NCBI GenBank assembly: GCA_965140415.1
Contig: OZ223209.1
Span: 4,032,001 to 4,096,000 of the forward strand
DNA from: Myxococcota bacterium
GTDB taxonomy: Bacteria > Myxococcota_A > SURF-8
Direction: 5' to 3'
Length of the DNA: 64,000 bases
Position 1 is the stretch's first letter; each line of letters opens with the position of its first letter. Under the pieces are notes generated by a model. That model was given only the letters and a program-made list of their open reading frames with translations, made no database searches and had not been told where the DNA came from. The position numbers and the translations under genes are program-made. Positions 47,883 through 56,186 of the stretch are shown here, piece after piece.

Positions 47883-48272
47883 ATGCAATTTGATTTTGAA
47901 AAGTACACCGTTTGCCACGTTGCAGGGCCAAAGGACAGTTATTACGACTTGGCGTTACACCCCGGTTACCAGCCGGGCTTTGAAGGCAGGCCGGGCTATG
48001 AACCGCTAGTAGGTTTCTGGACACTCAGTGAAGGCGCGGGGCGGCGCATACTGGAAGTGCAGGCGGTATTGGAAGACCACCCCAAACGCTTTGTGTTTAC
48101 AGACACGCAAGGCCGCACGTTCAAGTTGCGGCCATTAACTCCCGAGCTTTACCGCAGGCATATCCGCAAAACCCTAAGCCGACCGTTTGAGCTACCCACC
48201 TACAAAGCCATCAAGAATTTCTTCCACCACGGTTTACTGCCAGACGGCACGCAACTACCCGGTTGGGATTGA
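47883..48272 (+). CDS. hypothetical protein (only plus-strand gene in element 1)
   Basis: AGGAGG RBS before MQFDFEK. Confidence 0.65.
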   Translation: MQFDFEKYTVCHVAGPKDSYYDLALHPGYQPGFEGRPGYEPLVGFWTLSEGAGRRILEVQAVLEDHPKRFVFTDTQGRTFKLRPLTPELYRRHIRKTLSRPFELPTYKAIKNFFHHGLLPDGTQLPGWD

Positions 48273-48680
48273 GTCAGCACACCCGCAAAACGGCGGTTTT
48301 CAAGGGTGCAAGCGGTTGCGGCGCTCACCGCCTGCCAGCACGCCAACGTTTTGCAACTGAAAAGTCGCGTTTTAAGCCCTTCGGAATGACCGATCCATAC
48401 CAACCCATATCCCGTGCCAACAAAATGCAACAGCGGACCATTCTCGCGGCGAGAGTGATATGTCTGTGCTGGGTCTGTGCTAGGTCTTTGCCCCATAATC
48501 GCTCACACCCGCTCCATTACTGGCTGTAAGCGTCGAAAACCGCCGTTTTGGTGCGACTATGCGCGGGCTTTTTAGGCAGCGAAAGTTGATTGCCGCAAAC
48601 GGGTAGGTTGGCGTGCCGGTAAACCGTCTGCAAAACCATGCGGCAGGTGCAGCCTGCCATTAGCCCGTTAGGGCTTTTCA

Positions 48681-48736
48681 GTTATCCGTTCTCTGTTCTC
48701 CGTTATCCGTTATCCGTTATCCGTTATCCGTTCTCA
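48681..48736. repeat. 8 x 7-bp tandem repeat (GTTATCC/GTTCTCC)
   Basis: Read directly from the sequence. Confidence 0.9.
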
Positions 48737-49031
48737 GGGTTTACAACCGTCGGGTTTTTTCAAAGTGGCATCCAGTGCCACATTTGCAGGTTTCGCCAGT
48801 TATGTCTTGCGGTTAAGCCATGCTTGCAATTTGCAAATCTACGGGTACGTCTTTTTCCGGGTGCGATATTGCGCTTGCAATCGCCAAAATCGGCCCAAAA
48901 CCACCCCTCAAGCCACCCGGTTTATGCCAAACCGGTTTGACCGGTTCGTCACGCTGCTTTAACTTGGCTGCAAACGATAATCGTGTGCAATGACGGCATG
49001 TTAAGCTGTGTTGCCAGTAATAACAGCCCTC

Positions 49032-49481
49032 TCAAAACCTCCCAAACCGGTTTAACTGGTTTTGAAAACCGCCCGGTTTGTCATTCGAACGCAAAATTAG
49101 ATTCGATCGGGAATTTCGGTGTCCACACGCTAGCACGGTTTTGCGCTTTGTCTGCTTGGTTTTGTGCTTGGCTTTTTGTTGCGGTTTCGCCTTGGGTTTG
49201 GCTTTGCCGCCCAACTGCCAATCGCGCTTGGGGTCGAATAGCCGCAGGTGACGGGAGTGGTTGACCGGCTTTCGCTGTGGGTGGGCTTGGGATGTGTTGG
49301 CTTTCGCTTTTCGCTGGTAGCGTCGAATGCGCACCACGGATGCTTGCCCGGCAGGCTGCACCAACTGGCAGTACCCGGCCTGATTGCAAGCTGCAATCAT
49401 CACCGCGTTTGCAAGCTGCCACACGTCCGGGGTAAGCCCGCCCCCACCATTTAACAAAAACAGTAAAAGCCAGAGTTTCAT
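49032..49481 (-). CDS. possible small basic secreted protein
   Basis: Starts 8 nt after the upstream stop; hydrophobic N-terminus, K/P-rich middle; may be spurious. Confidence 0.35.
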   Translation of the reverse strand: MKLWLLLFLLNGGGGLTPDVWQLANAVMIAACNQAGYCQLVQPAGQASVVRIRRYQRKAKANTSQAHPQRKPVNHSRHLRLFDPKRDWQLGGKAKPKAKPQQKAKHKTKQTKRKTVLACGHRNSRSNLILRSNDKPGGFQNQLNRFGRF

Positions 49482-49488
49482 GGTGCGG

Positions 49489-50370
49489 CTATTTCACCGG
49501 CCACTTTTCGCGTTCGCCCTCGGCTACGATATCGACCAACTGTTCGGGGCTTAGCTTGTGCTCGGTGGCCAGCGCTTTGCGATACTTCTTAATTTTTGCC
49601 GCCAACGCCTTTTCGTAGGCAGCCGCTTTGTTGGCGTCCAACAGGTCTTGGCCGAACAGCGCCGTGGATTTGATATGGCCATCGCGTGCATAGCCAAGCT
49701 GCTTAAGTGATTTCAGGCTGTCCACCGCATCCAATGCCGCCTGCACTTGGTAGAAGTTGCCACCGCCAGCGCCCGGCACCTTTTTAACGATCTTCACAAA
49801 TACGCCCGGCTCCAGCGTTGGCCCAATGCTCAGACTGGTAACGGAACCAAGCAGTAGGGGCGTTTTGCGCGTCAGGCGAAACTCAAAGCCCGGTTTCAGG
49901 TCGTTGGGGTCCATAGCAAAGTATTTGAATTTCAATTCCACTAAAGCCCGGTTATCCGCTGCTTTGGCTGCCGCAAATACCTTTTGGCGTTCTGCCTTGG
50001 TAAGCCCATGTTTCTTTTCTTCCGGTGGTGCGGGCTTGGGGACTGGTTTGGCGGCTTGTACCGGTTCTGCCGGTTTGGCAGGCTGTGCAACCGGTGCAGG
50101 CTTAGTCGTTGCGTTTTCGCCCTCTGTCGCCTTTTCCTTGGTCGGAGTGGTAGCTACAGCCACAATCATGCAAACGGCCACGACAACGGCCTTTACAGCC
50201 GGTTTAAGGGGCATCTTCGCCTTGTCCTCCAATAGCTTGCCCACGGGCGGCAACAGTAGCAGGCCCGCCACGGCAACCAACCCCCACGCGCCTTGGGCAA
50301 TGTTCACCAATCCTGCCAGAATCAGAAAGACACCAGCCACCCATGCCAAAATCATCTTCGCCATTTGCAT
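49489..50370 (-). CDS. membrane-anchored hypothetical protein with Pro/Ala linker
   Basis: Three N-terminal TM segments; GAGGGAG RBS. Confidence 0.7.
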   Translation of the reverse strand: MQMAKMILAWVAGVFLILAGLVNIAQGAWGLVAVAGLLLLPPVGKLLEDKAKMPLKPAVKAVVVAVCMIVAVATTPTKEKATEGENATTKPAPVAQPAKPAEPVQAAKPVPKPAPPEEKKHGLTKAERQKVFAAAKAADNRALVELKFKYFAMDPNDLKPGFEFRLTRKTPLLLGSVTSLSIGPTLEPGVFVKIVKKVPGAGGGNFYQVQAALDAVDSLKSLKQLGYARDGHIKSTALFGQDLLDANKAAAYEKALAAKIKKYRKALATEHKLSPEQLVDIVAEGEREKWPVK

Positions 50371-50487
50371 ACACTCCCTCCTGTTCTGTTAATGCTTATT
50401 GCGCTGTGCGAACACAGCGGACAAGAAACCACAACAGCCGTTGATGGCAATCAATGCGGCAAATGCACGCGGGGAAAAACAGAGCAA

Positions 50488-52212
50488 TTATTTCGCAATA
50501 CAAGCTCCATCTCTGCACCCGTTTTCGCCACACTCTTCTTTTTTGTCTGATTGTATAGAATTGCAGGTAATCCAGTAGACATCCCTGTCATGGCAAACGG
50601 TGTCATAGTGCTCGATGTTTCTGCATGAATCCACTTCGCATGGACAATGTCCACACGACTCTTTTAGCTGCCCTAATTGGCCGTGGCAGTCATACCAGTA
50701 CACATTCCCATCTTGGCAGGCGTAGGAATCCCGATTGTCGGTGTAACAAACACCCGCTGAGCAATGGCATGTTCCACAGTCTTCTTGTTTTTCTCTTCTA
50801 TTGTCTTTGCAATCGTACCAATAAACATCATTGTTCCAACAGCTCAAATAGTGCTCGGGATCAATATCGCAGGCATCGCCAGTACAGGTGCATGATTTAC
50901 AATCCTCTTTCTTTTGCGCCAAAGCGCCTTGACAATCGTACCAATAAACATCGCCTTCGAAGCAAGCAAAGCTATACTCTTTGTCAATAACACATGCACT
51001 TTGTTCTTCCGAACATTCACACGCACCTCCACAAACAATTCTACTTTCTACCAAGCCGCATCCATCATCCAAACAGCACAGATTGTCCGGTTCGCAGCGC
51101 CGGGCATTGATTTCCTCGTAAATGGCCTGCAAAGCCGTAGCGAAGCTTTCGCCATCCGTTACCAACCGGCTTTGGCCTGTGCCGCCAGCAAATGCGACTT
51201 CGTCCAAAAAGACGCGGTTGGCCGTGGTCGTTACCGCCACCACATGCACGAAAATGCCCTTCATGAAGAGTTCCCGCGCCGCCGCAATTGCGTTGGTGTC
51301 ATCTTCGCAGGTTTCCTCGCCATCGGTTATCAGCACCACCGCTTGCCGGGGGTTGGGATCACCGAAGTTGTCCTCCAAATCTTGCAGGCTGGCTGCAATA
51401 GGGGTGCTGCTGTCTACAGCCGGGTCGGTTATGGCGTTGGCTATGGTTTCGGCGTTGTCCAAGCTCATGGGCAGGGTTTCGCCTGCACCGCAAGCCTCGG
51501 ATGGAAACTGGCGAAAGCCGATGTTATTGACGTGATCGCGCTCATCAATGGCCGCAAGAAAAGTTTCCTTTACCCACTGCCACGTATCGGCGGCAAGCAT
51601 GCTTGAACTGCGGTCGAGTACGAAAAACAACTCAGCAGGCTGGCAGCCCTCTTGGGCGCAAATGCCATCCGTGCAGGCTTGGCTTGGATCGCAGGGCACG
51701 CGCTGCCCCAACTCGCCCAAGCCGTTATCATCATCGCCGCAAGGGTGAAACCCGTATCTGTCTTCGCTGCACACCGTCAGTCCCGCCACACATTCACTTT
51801 GTGGCTCGTCGCCGTCAGTTGGCGATTCTTCATCATCGCCATCAACCTGCGGATCGTCACCGTCTGCGGGCGAATCGCCATCGGGCAACGTGTCGCCGTC
51901 CGGTATTTCGCCATCGCCGTCAACGGGTGGGTTGTTTTCGTTATCGCCATCCGCAGGAGGCGAGTCGTCCGTATCGCCGTCACCGTCATTGCTGCTTGCA
52001 AGGCACAGATTGTCTTGGCAGGCAAGCCCCTCGTTGCAGGTTCCGTTGCCGTAGCACGGGCAATGCAGGGTGCCGGTTGGGCAATCCTCGCCGTCGCCAT
52101 CTATAGCCGGGTTATCGCCGTCCGGGTTGTCGTTGGGATTTGCGGTATCCGTACCGCCGCAGGCCAATAATACAAAACAAAGGGCAAACGCCAACACACT
52201 GCTTTTCAACAT
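50488..52212 (-). CDS. lipoprotein adhesin-like: DGD linker, VWA domain, four Cys-rich DVYWYDC repeats
   Basis: LLAC lipobox; DRSSSM and ITDGEE MIDAS motifs; four ~41-aa repeats. Confidence 0.8.
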   Translation of the reverse strand: MLKSSVLAFALCFVLLACGGTDTANPNDNPDGDNPAIDGDGEDCPTGTLHCPCYGNGTCNEGLACQDNLCLASSNDGDGDTDDSPPADGDNENNPPVDGDGEIPDGDTLPDGDSPADGDDPQVDGDDEESPTDGDEPQSECVAGLTVCSEDRYGFHPCGDDDNGLGELGQRVPCDPSQACTDGICAQEGCQPAELFFVLDRSSSMLAADTWQWVKETFLAAIDERDHVNNIGFRQFPSEACGAGETLPMSLDNAETIANAITDPAVDSSTPIAASLQDLEDNFGDPNPRQAVVLITDGEETCEDDTNAIAAARELFMKGIFVHVVAVTTTANRVFLDEVAFAGGTGQSRLVTDGESFATALQAIYEEINARRCEPDNLCCLDDGCGLVESRIVCGGACECSEEQSACVIDKEYSFACFEGDVYWYDCQGALAQKKEDCKSCTCTGDACDIDPEHYLSCWNNDVYWYDCKDNRREKQEDCGTCHCSAGVCYTDNRDSYACQDGNVYWYDCHGQLGQLKESCGHCPCEVDSCRNIEHYDTVCHDRDVYWITCNSIQSDKKEECGENGCRDGACIAK

Positions 52213-52549
52213 ACAGGCCACCTCACACCGTCTTTCGTCAATAAAGACGCCCCATAAAATAATAACGGGGCAACACGCGGCGTGGCCTGCACCTCCATCG
52301 TGCGCCCCGCCCTAGAGGCACACGTGTGGTTAGCACATGCGCATATGGGTAGCGCTGTGCAGGCCACATTGTCTTGTCTCGCACTTGCGGCAGCTTTCGG
52401 TCACTGGTAACCAGCCAGTCAGCCCTTTTCAGGGCAGAAACCTGCTGCAAGATTGAGCACCTATAGTCTAGCGGAATGAATTCTTTTTGCCAAGGTCATT
52501 CCGCAAAACGCCGGTTTTCGTTGTTATGGCAAATGCAGGTGGTAGTGGG

Positions 52550-53287
52550 TTATTGGCCGTAAGGGTTGGGCTGCTGGCTTTCGCTCAACCATGCAGGCCG
52601 TTGGCCGGTTTCCGCAAAGGTAAGCAATTCGTCGGGCGTCCAGCCTTCAAACTCTGCAACGGTGTCGCGGCTGGGTTGCGACTTCGGGCCGCCGTAAATA
52701 TAGCTTTCAGCCAGCATGATCTTGGAGGCCATTTCAATCACCGCTTTTGGGTTGCGCTTGAGGCTGGCGTACACTTTGGGGTCGTTGACGGCTTCCGAAA
52801 TGGCCTTGCTTATAAACAACCGCAGGGCAGCAAGCGGGGCTTTCCATTTTTCCATAGCATCAGCCCAAGCTTGGCGCTCATCCCCCCACGCACTCTGCAA
52901 AATTCTTTGGCGGCGCATGGCCAGAGCTTCCATGTACCGGTGTGGATCGCCATGCTCAATGTATTTCTTGGCGGTGCGCCGGTTTACCGTGCACGTGTTC
53001 GCCACATATTGCACACTTTGCACTTCCATGTAGGCTTGGAACATTCGGTTGTATTTCTCAATGCTTATACCTTGCGCATTGTGCCTGCCGTCCGATTGGT
53101 GTTGGACGCCCTTTGGAACGGGGTTGACGGTGGTGCCTTTTGGGGTTTTTGGAGGGTGTGGTTGCGTGCGTGTCGGGCCTGCAACTGGGGCACCGCCTTT
53201 GCTGCCCTTTTTGTCAACGGTGAAAGGTGGCAGTGTTACCGCTGCTTGATCTTGCGTGCTGGTTTTCGCCGGTTGCTTTCGTGCCAT
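52550..53287 (-). CDS. HTH protein, terminase small subunit-like
   Basis: VQYVANTCTVNRRTAKKY HTH, helical middle, C-terminal EGWTPDELL; TerS-like architecture is inference. Confidence 0.45.
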   Translation of the reverse strand: MARKQPAKTSTQDQAAVTLPPFTVDKKGSKGGAPVAGPTRTQPHPPKTPKGTTVNPVPKGVQHQSDGRHNAQGISIEKYNRMFQAYMEVQSVQYVANTCTVNRRTAKKYIEHGDPHRYMEALAMRRQRILQSAWGDERQAWADAMEKWKAPLAALRLFISKAISEAVNDPKVYASLKRNPKAVIEMASKIMLAESYIYGGPKSQPSRDTVAEFEGWTPDELLTFAETGQRPAWLSESQQPNPYGQ

Positions 53288-53294
53288 TCTGCCG

Positions 53295-53930
53295 TTACCA
53301 GTCCTTGTACGGCACAAACCCTTGGTCGTTGCCAGTGGTTTTCATGTGCAGCCGCAAAGTGCCGTCATGCAGTTCTTTCTCAAGCGTGCTGCTTTTGCCA
53401 TGTTTTTCGTACTTATGCGGCAGGCCAACGAAAAGCCAATTGTCTGCTTCGGGGTTGGGAAACAGCCTGTTGTCTAAGACTTGTGCAAACGCTTTTTCCA
53501 AATCATCGCCATCGTGGCAGCCATACACCATGACTTTGTATTGCGCCTGTACGTCTACCAGTTTGCAGAAGTCGTCCATAACAAGGCGAAAGTTGCGGGA
53601 TGAACTGTAGTAGCTGCCCATTTCCGATTCTGCCGCAACCACAATGCCGAAACGCTTGTTATCGTTAACCCAGCCTTGCACCGCTGGAAAATTGCCAAAT
53701 TCCCCCGGCCACGCGGAGAGGGTAAAGTCCAGCATGTATTCGCCACCGTGGGTTTTGTGCCAAACGTGCAAATGCTTTTGGCTTTCAAATAGCTTTTTGC
53801 AGTTGGTTAACCCCTTCATGATAGCGGTTGTCCACGTTTTTGTGGGGTTGGCTTGCCATACTTCTTTTTTAGGCTCTATGGCTTTGCGAATGTGCCCCCA
53901 AATCCCTTTCAGTTTTTCGCGTTCGTCCAT
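53295..53930 (-). CDS. hypothetical protein, possible PD-(D/E)xK fold
   Basis: LDFT...VAAESE...DDFCKL; GGAGG RBS. Confidence 0.55.
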   Translation of the reverse strand: MDEREKLKGIWGHIRKAIEPKKEVWQANPTKTWTTAIMKGLTNCKKLFESQKHLHVWHKTHGGEYMLDFTLSAWPGEFGNFPAVQGWVNDNKRFGIVVAAESEMGSYYSSSRNFRLVMDDFCKLVDVQAQYKVMVYGCHDGDDLEKAFAQVLDNRLFPNPEADNWLFVGLPHKYEKHGKSSTLEKELHDGTLRLHMKTTGNDQGFVPYKDW

Positions 53931-54089
53931 GTTCAGTTTTTCCCTCCATGCAAAACGGCGGTTTTGCCATTTAGCAGTGTTATGCTGCAATAATACCACA
54001 ATGTGCGTTGCATTTGAAGGGCAATTTTTTGTGGGTGCAATGTTCCGACGGGCGCTTCATAGCAGGCTTTGTCGCTTTGTAACCTGTCG

Positions 54090-55838
54090 TTATGCCATAG
54101 CTTTTACAAACAACGGTGCTTCGATAGCAAGGTAATCTCGCCCCTGTTGTGGCGTCATCAAAAAGGCTGCAAAGGCATTTGTAAACGCGAGCCAATCTTT
54201 ACAGTCCGACGCACCATCGTTAACCAGTGCGTCGGGCTTTTTCGTTTTATGCTCTGATTCCACAGGGTTGGCGTGTTCGTACAAATGGACACGCATTGTG
54301 CCCTTGTTCTTGTCCTTCTTGTCCCAACGCCACTCGATGAACTCGATGTACTGCTGGAGGATGGCCCGGAGGCGCTTCCACTTGCCCTGTTTGACCAGTC
54401 CATCGACGATATCCGGGACGTTTTTGTAGGACTCTGTGATGACTTCCGCTGAGAGAAGTTTCTCCTCTGTGGCCGCTTTCTTCTCCTGCAACTTCTCCAA
54501 ATCAGCCTTTTGCCCTTTTTCATCGTCGGATAATTCGCGAAGACGCTTCCTGAGTGGGCCTACATCAGCGCCATCCTCAATGGCCTGTACGATGGTCGCG
54601 ATCTTGGCTTTCACGTCCTGTAGGGCCTTCTTGGTGCGGCTGATGTCCCTGTCCAGGGTCTTCAGGGTCTTACTGCGAAGCTCGTTTGCCTTCTTGACCA
54701 CACGCTGCATCTCTTCTTCGTCCAGCACCGCCTGCTTCAGGAGATCGATGACGAACTCTTCAGCGGCTATGGCGGGAACATACCGGGCATCGCAGTCGTA
54801 CCCGGCGGAGACGTTCTGTTTGGTGCAGTTGTAGTAATGATGGAGGCCGTTACGACCGGTGCTGGACCGCGGGGTCATCATCGACCCGCATTGTCCGCAA
54901 CGGATCAGCCCCTGCAGAAGATATTCGTGCTTCCGCTCTTCCGGCGCGATGGGCGGTCGTAGACGGTTCTTGCCGAGGATGTCCTGAACCTGGTCGAAAA
55001 GCTCCTGTGGGATGATTGGGTCGTGGACACCGTCGTACGTCTTGCCATGATGGGAAACCTTGCCGACATAGACCGGATTGGTCAGCATGTTGATAACCGC
55101 CGGTTTGCAGTATGGTGTGCCACCGTGGGCTTTTCCCCGCCTGCTGACAGTCTTGGGCGAAACGATCCCTTTCTCCCGTAAATGCTTGTGAACCTTCCCC
55201 GCACTTCCCAGTTCCACGCACTTCTCGTACACGTCATGAAGAAGGAGGTCGGCCTCATCTTCGTTGATGACGAGATGCCCCTTACGATTGGGGTCGACAT
55301 TGTAGCCGAATGGCACATGCCCGCCGTTGAATAGACCCTCACGGGCGCGGTGAGCCATAGTGTCGGCAGTTCTTTCAGCGGTCAGTTCCCTTTCGTACTG
55401 TGCGAAAACCATGTGTACACCCATAAAGGCTCGACCCGATGCACTGCTCGTGTCAAATTGTTCTTTCACGGATATGCAGTCCGTCCCCAATTCGTTAAGA
55501 CGTTCCAGCAGTCGATAGAAGTCAAGAATGCCTGCACGGCTAAGACGATCGAACTTGGCAGCTACAACGGTATTGATCCGACCGGCCTCCACGTCCCTCA
55601 TCATTCGCTGGAATTCAGGTCGATTGAAGTCCTTGCCGGACTTCCCTTCATCCCTGTATCGGTCCACGATGACCCATTCAACATCAGGATTGGCGTCCTG
55701 ATTGAGTTTGATCTGGCGCTCCATCAAGTCGAACTGGGTATCAAGTCCACCATGGTCCACGCGAGCCTGTCTATCTGTACTCACACGTCCGTAAAGCGCG
55801 CAGAGCTTTCGTTTCTTTATCTTTTTCTTCTTGGCCAT
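54090..55838 (-). CDS. large serine recombinase 2 (integrase of element 2); last 32 aa encoded by element 1 DNA
   Basis: YGRVST, DRLSR, FAQYERE, CGQCG..C zinc ribbon; AGGAGG RBS. Confidence 0.93.
   Translation of the reverse strand: MAKKKKIKKRKLCALYGRVSTDRQARVDHGGLDTQFDLMERQIKLNQDANPDVEWVIVDRYRDEGKSGKDFNRPEFQRMMRDVEAGRINTVVAAKFDRLSRAGILDFYRLLERLNELGTDCISVKEQFDTSSASGRAFMGVHMVFAQYERELTAERTADTMAHRAREGLFNGGHVPFGYNVDPNRKGHLVINEDEADLLLHDVYEKCVELGSAGKVHKHLREKGIVSPKTVSRRGKAHGGTPYCKPAVINMLTNPVYVGKVSHHGKTYDGVHDPIIPQELFDQVQDILGKNRLRPPIAPEERKHEYLLQGLIRCGQCGSMMTPRSSTGRNGLHHYYNCTKQNVSAGYDCDARYVPAIAAEEFVIDLLKQAVLDEEEMQRVVKKANELRSKTLKTLDRDISRTKKALQDVKAKIATIVQAIEDGADVGPLRKRLRELSDDEKGQKADLEKLQEKKAATEEKLLSAEVITESYKNVPDIVDGLVKQGKWKRLRAILQQYIEFIEWRWDKKDKNKGTMRVHLYEHANPVESEHKTKKPDALVNDGASDCKDWLAFTNAFAAFLMTPQQGRDYLAIEAPLFVKAMA
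54189..54194 (+). other. att core GAGCCA (element 1 / element 2 junction)
   Basis: Identical to the tRNA-Asn 3' hexamer and followed by a terminator, as at the tRNA. Confidence 0.75.
54203..54248 (+). terminator. orphaned tRNA-type terminator embedded antisense in recombinase 2
   Basis: AGTCCGACGCAC-N12-GTGCGTCGGGCT followed by TTTTCGTTTT. Confidence 0.7.
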
Positions 55839-55895
55839 CTTACATCCTCCTACGATGCGTATTGTTAGTATTGGTATCCCATGCTATCCATTGTG

Positions 55896-56081
55896 TCAAT
55901 CCTTTTCCGCCTCTTCGGGTTCCTGTTCCTCAGGATCAACACCAACCAGTTCCGCCAACCCACCGGCCAGCGCGTCAATAAAGTTCTGGCGAAAGTTGTT
56001 CGAGCTTTGCTTTTTCTTTTTGGTCTGGGAGCTTTCAGATTTTACTATCTCACCCTTTATTTTGAGCTTTGATTTGGGCAT
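55896..56081 (-). CDS. small protein upstream of recombinase 2 (RDF candidate)
   Basis: 61 aa, AGGAGG RBS, basic N-terminus and acidic C-terminus. Confidence 0.55.
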   Translation of the reverse strand: MPKSKLKIKGEIVKSESSQTKKKKQSSNNFRQNFIDALAGGLAELVGVDPEEQEPEEAEKD

Positions 56082-56186
56082 GACTGCCTCCTAACCTGTT
56101 GAACACAGGCAGGATTTCAGCAAGGTGGGTGAGAATTGAGAGTCAATCTTCTGGGAAGGAACTGGGAAGGAAGGAATGCTTTAATT

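Larger units (their letters stand above)
31001..54194. mobile_element. integrative element 1 (~23.2 kb; satellite-like defence island) at the tRNA-Asn 3' end
   Basis: LSR adjacent to the tRNA, att core at both ends, defence cargo, visible TTGC/GCAA-rich compositional shift. Confidence 0.85.

Noticed and set aside
52487-53533. 348-aa plus-strand ORF
   Set aside because: Antisense to two better-supported minus-strand genes.
31001-54194. Element 1 as a full prophage or ICE
   Set aside because: No capsid, portal, tail, TerL, relaxase or T4SS genes recognised.
54100-54200. Long duplicated tRNA 3' fragment as attR
   Set aside because: Only 6 bp are shared, consistent with a short serine-recombinase core; the boundary call rests on codon phase, the terminator and composition instead.
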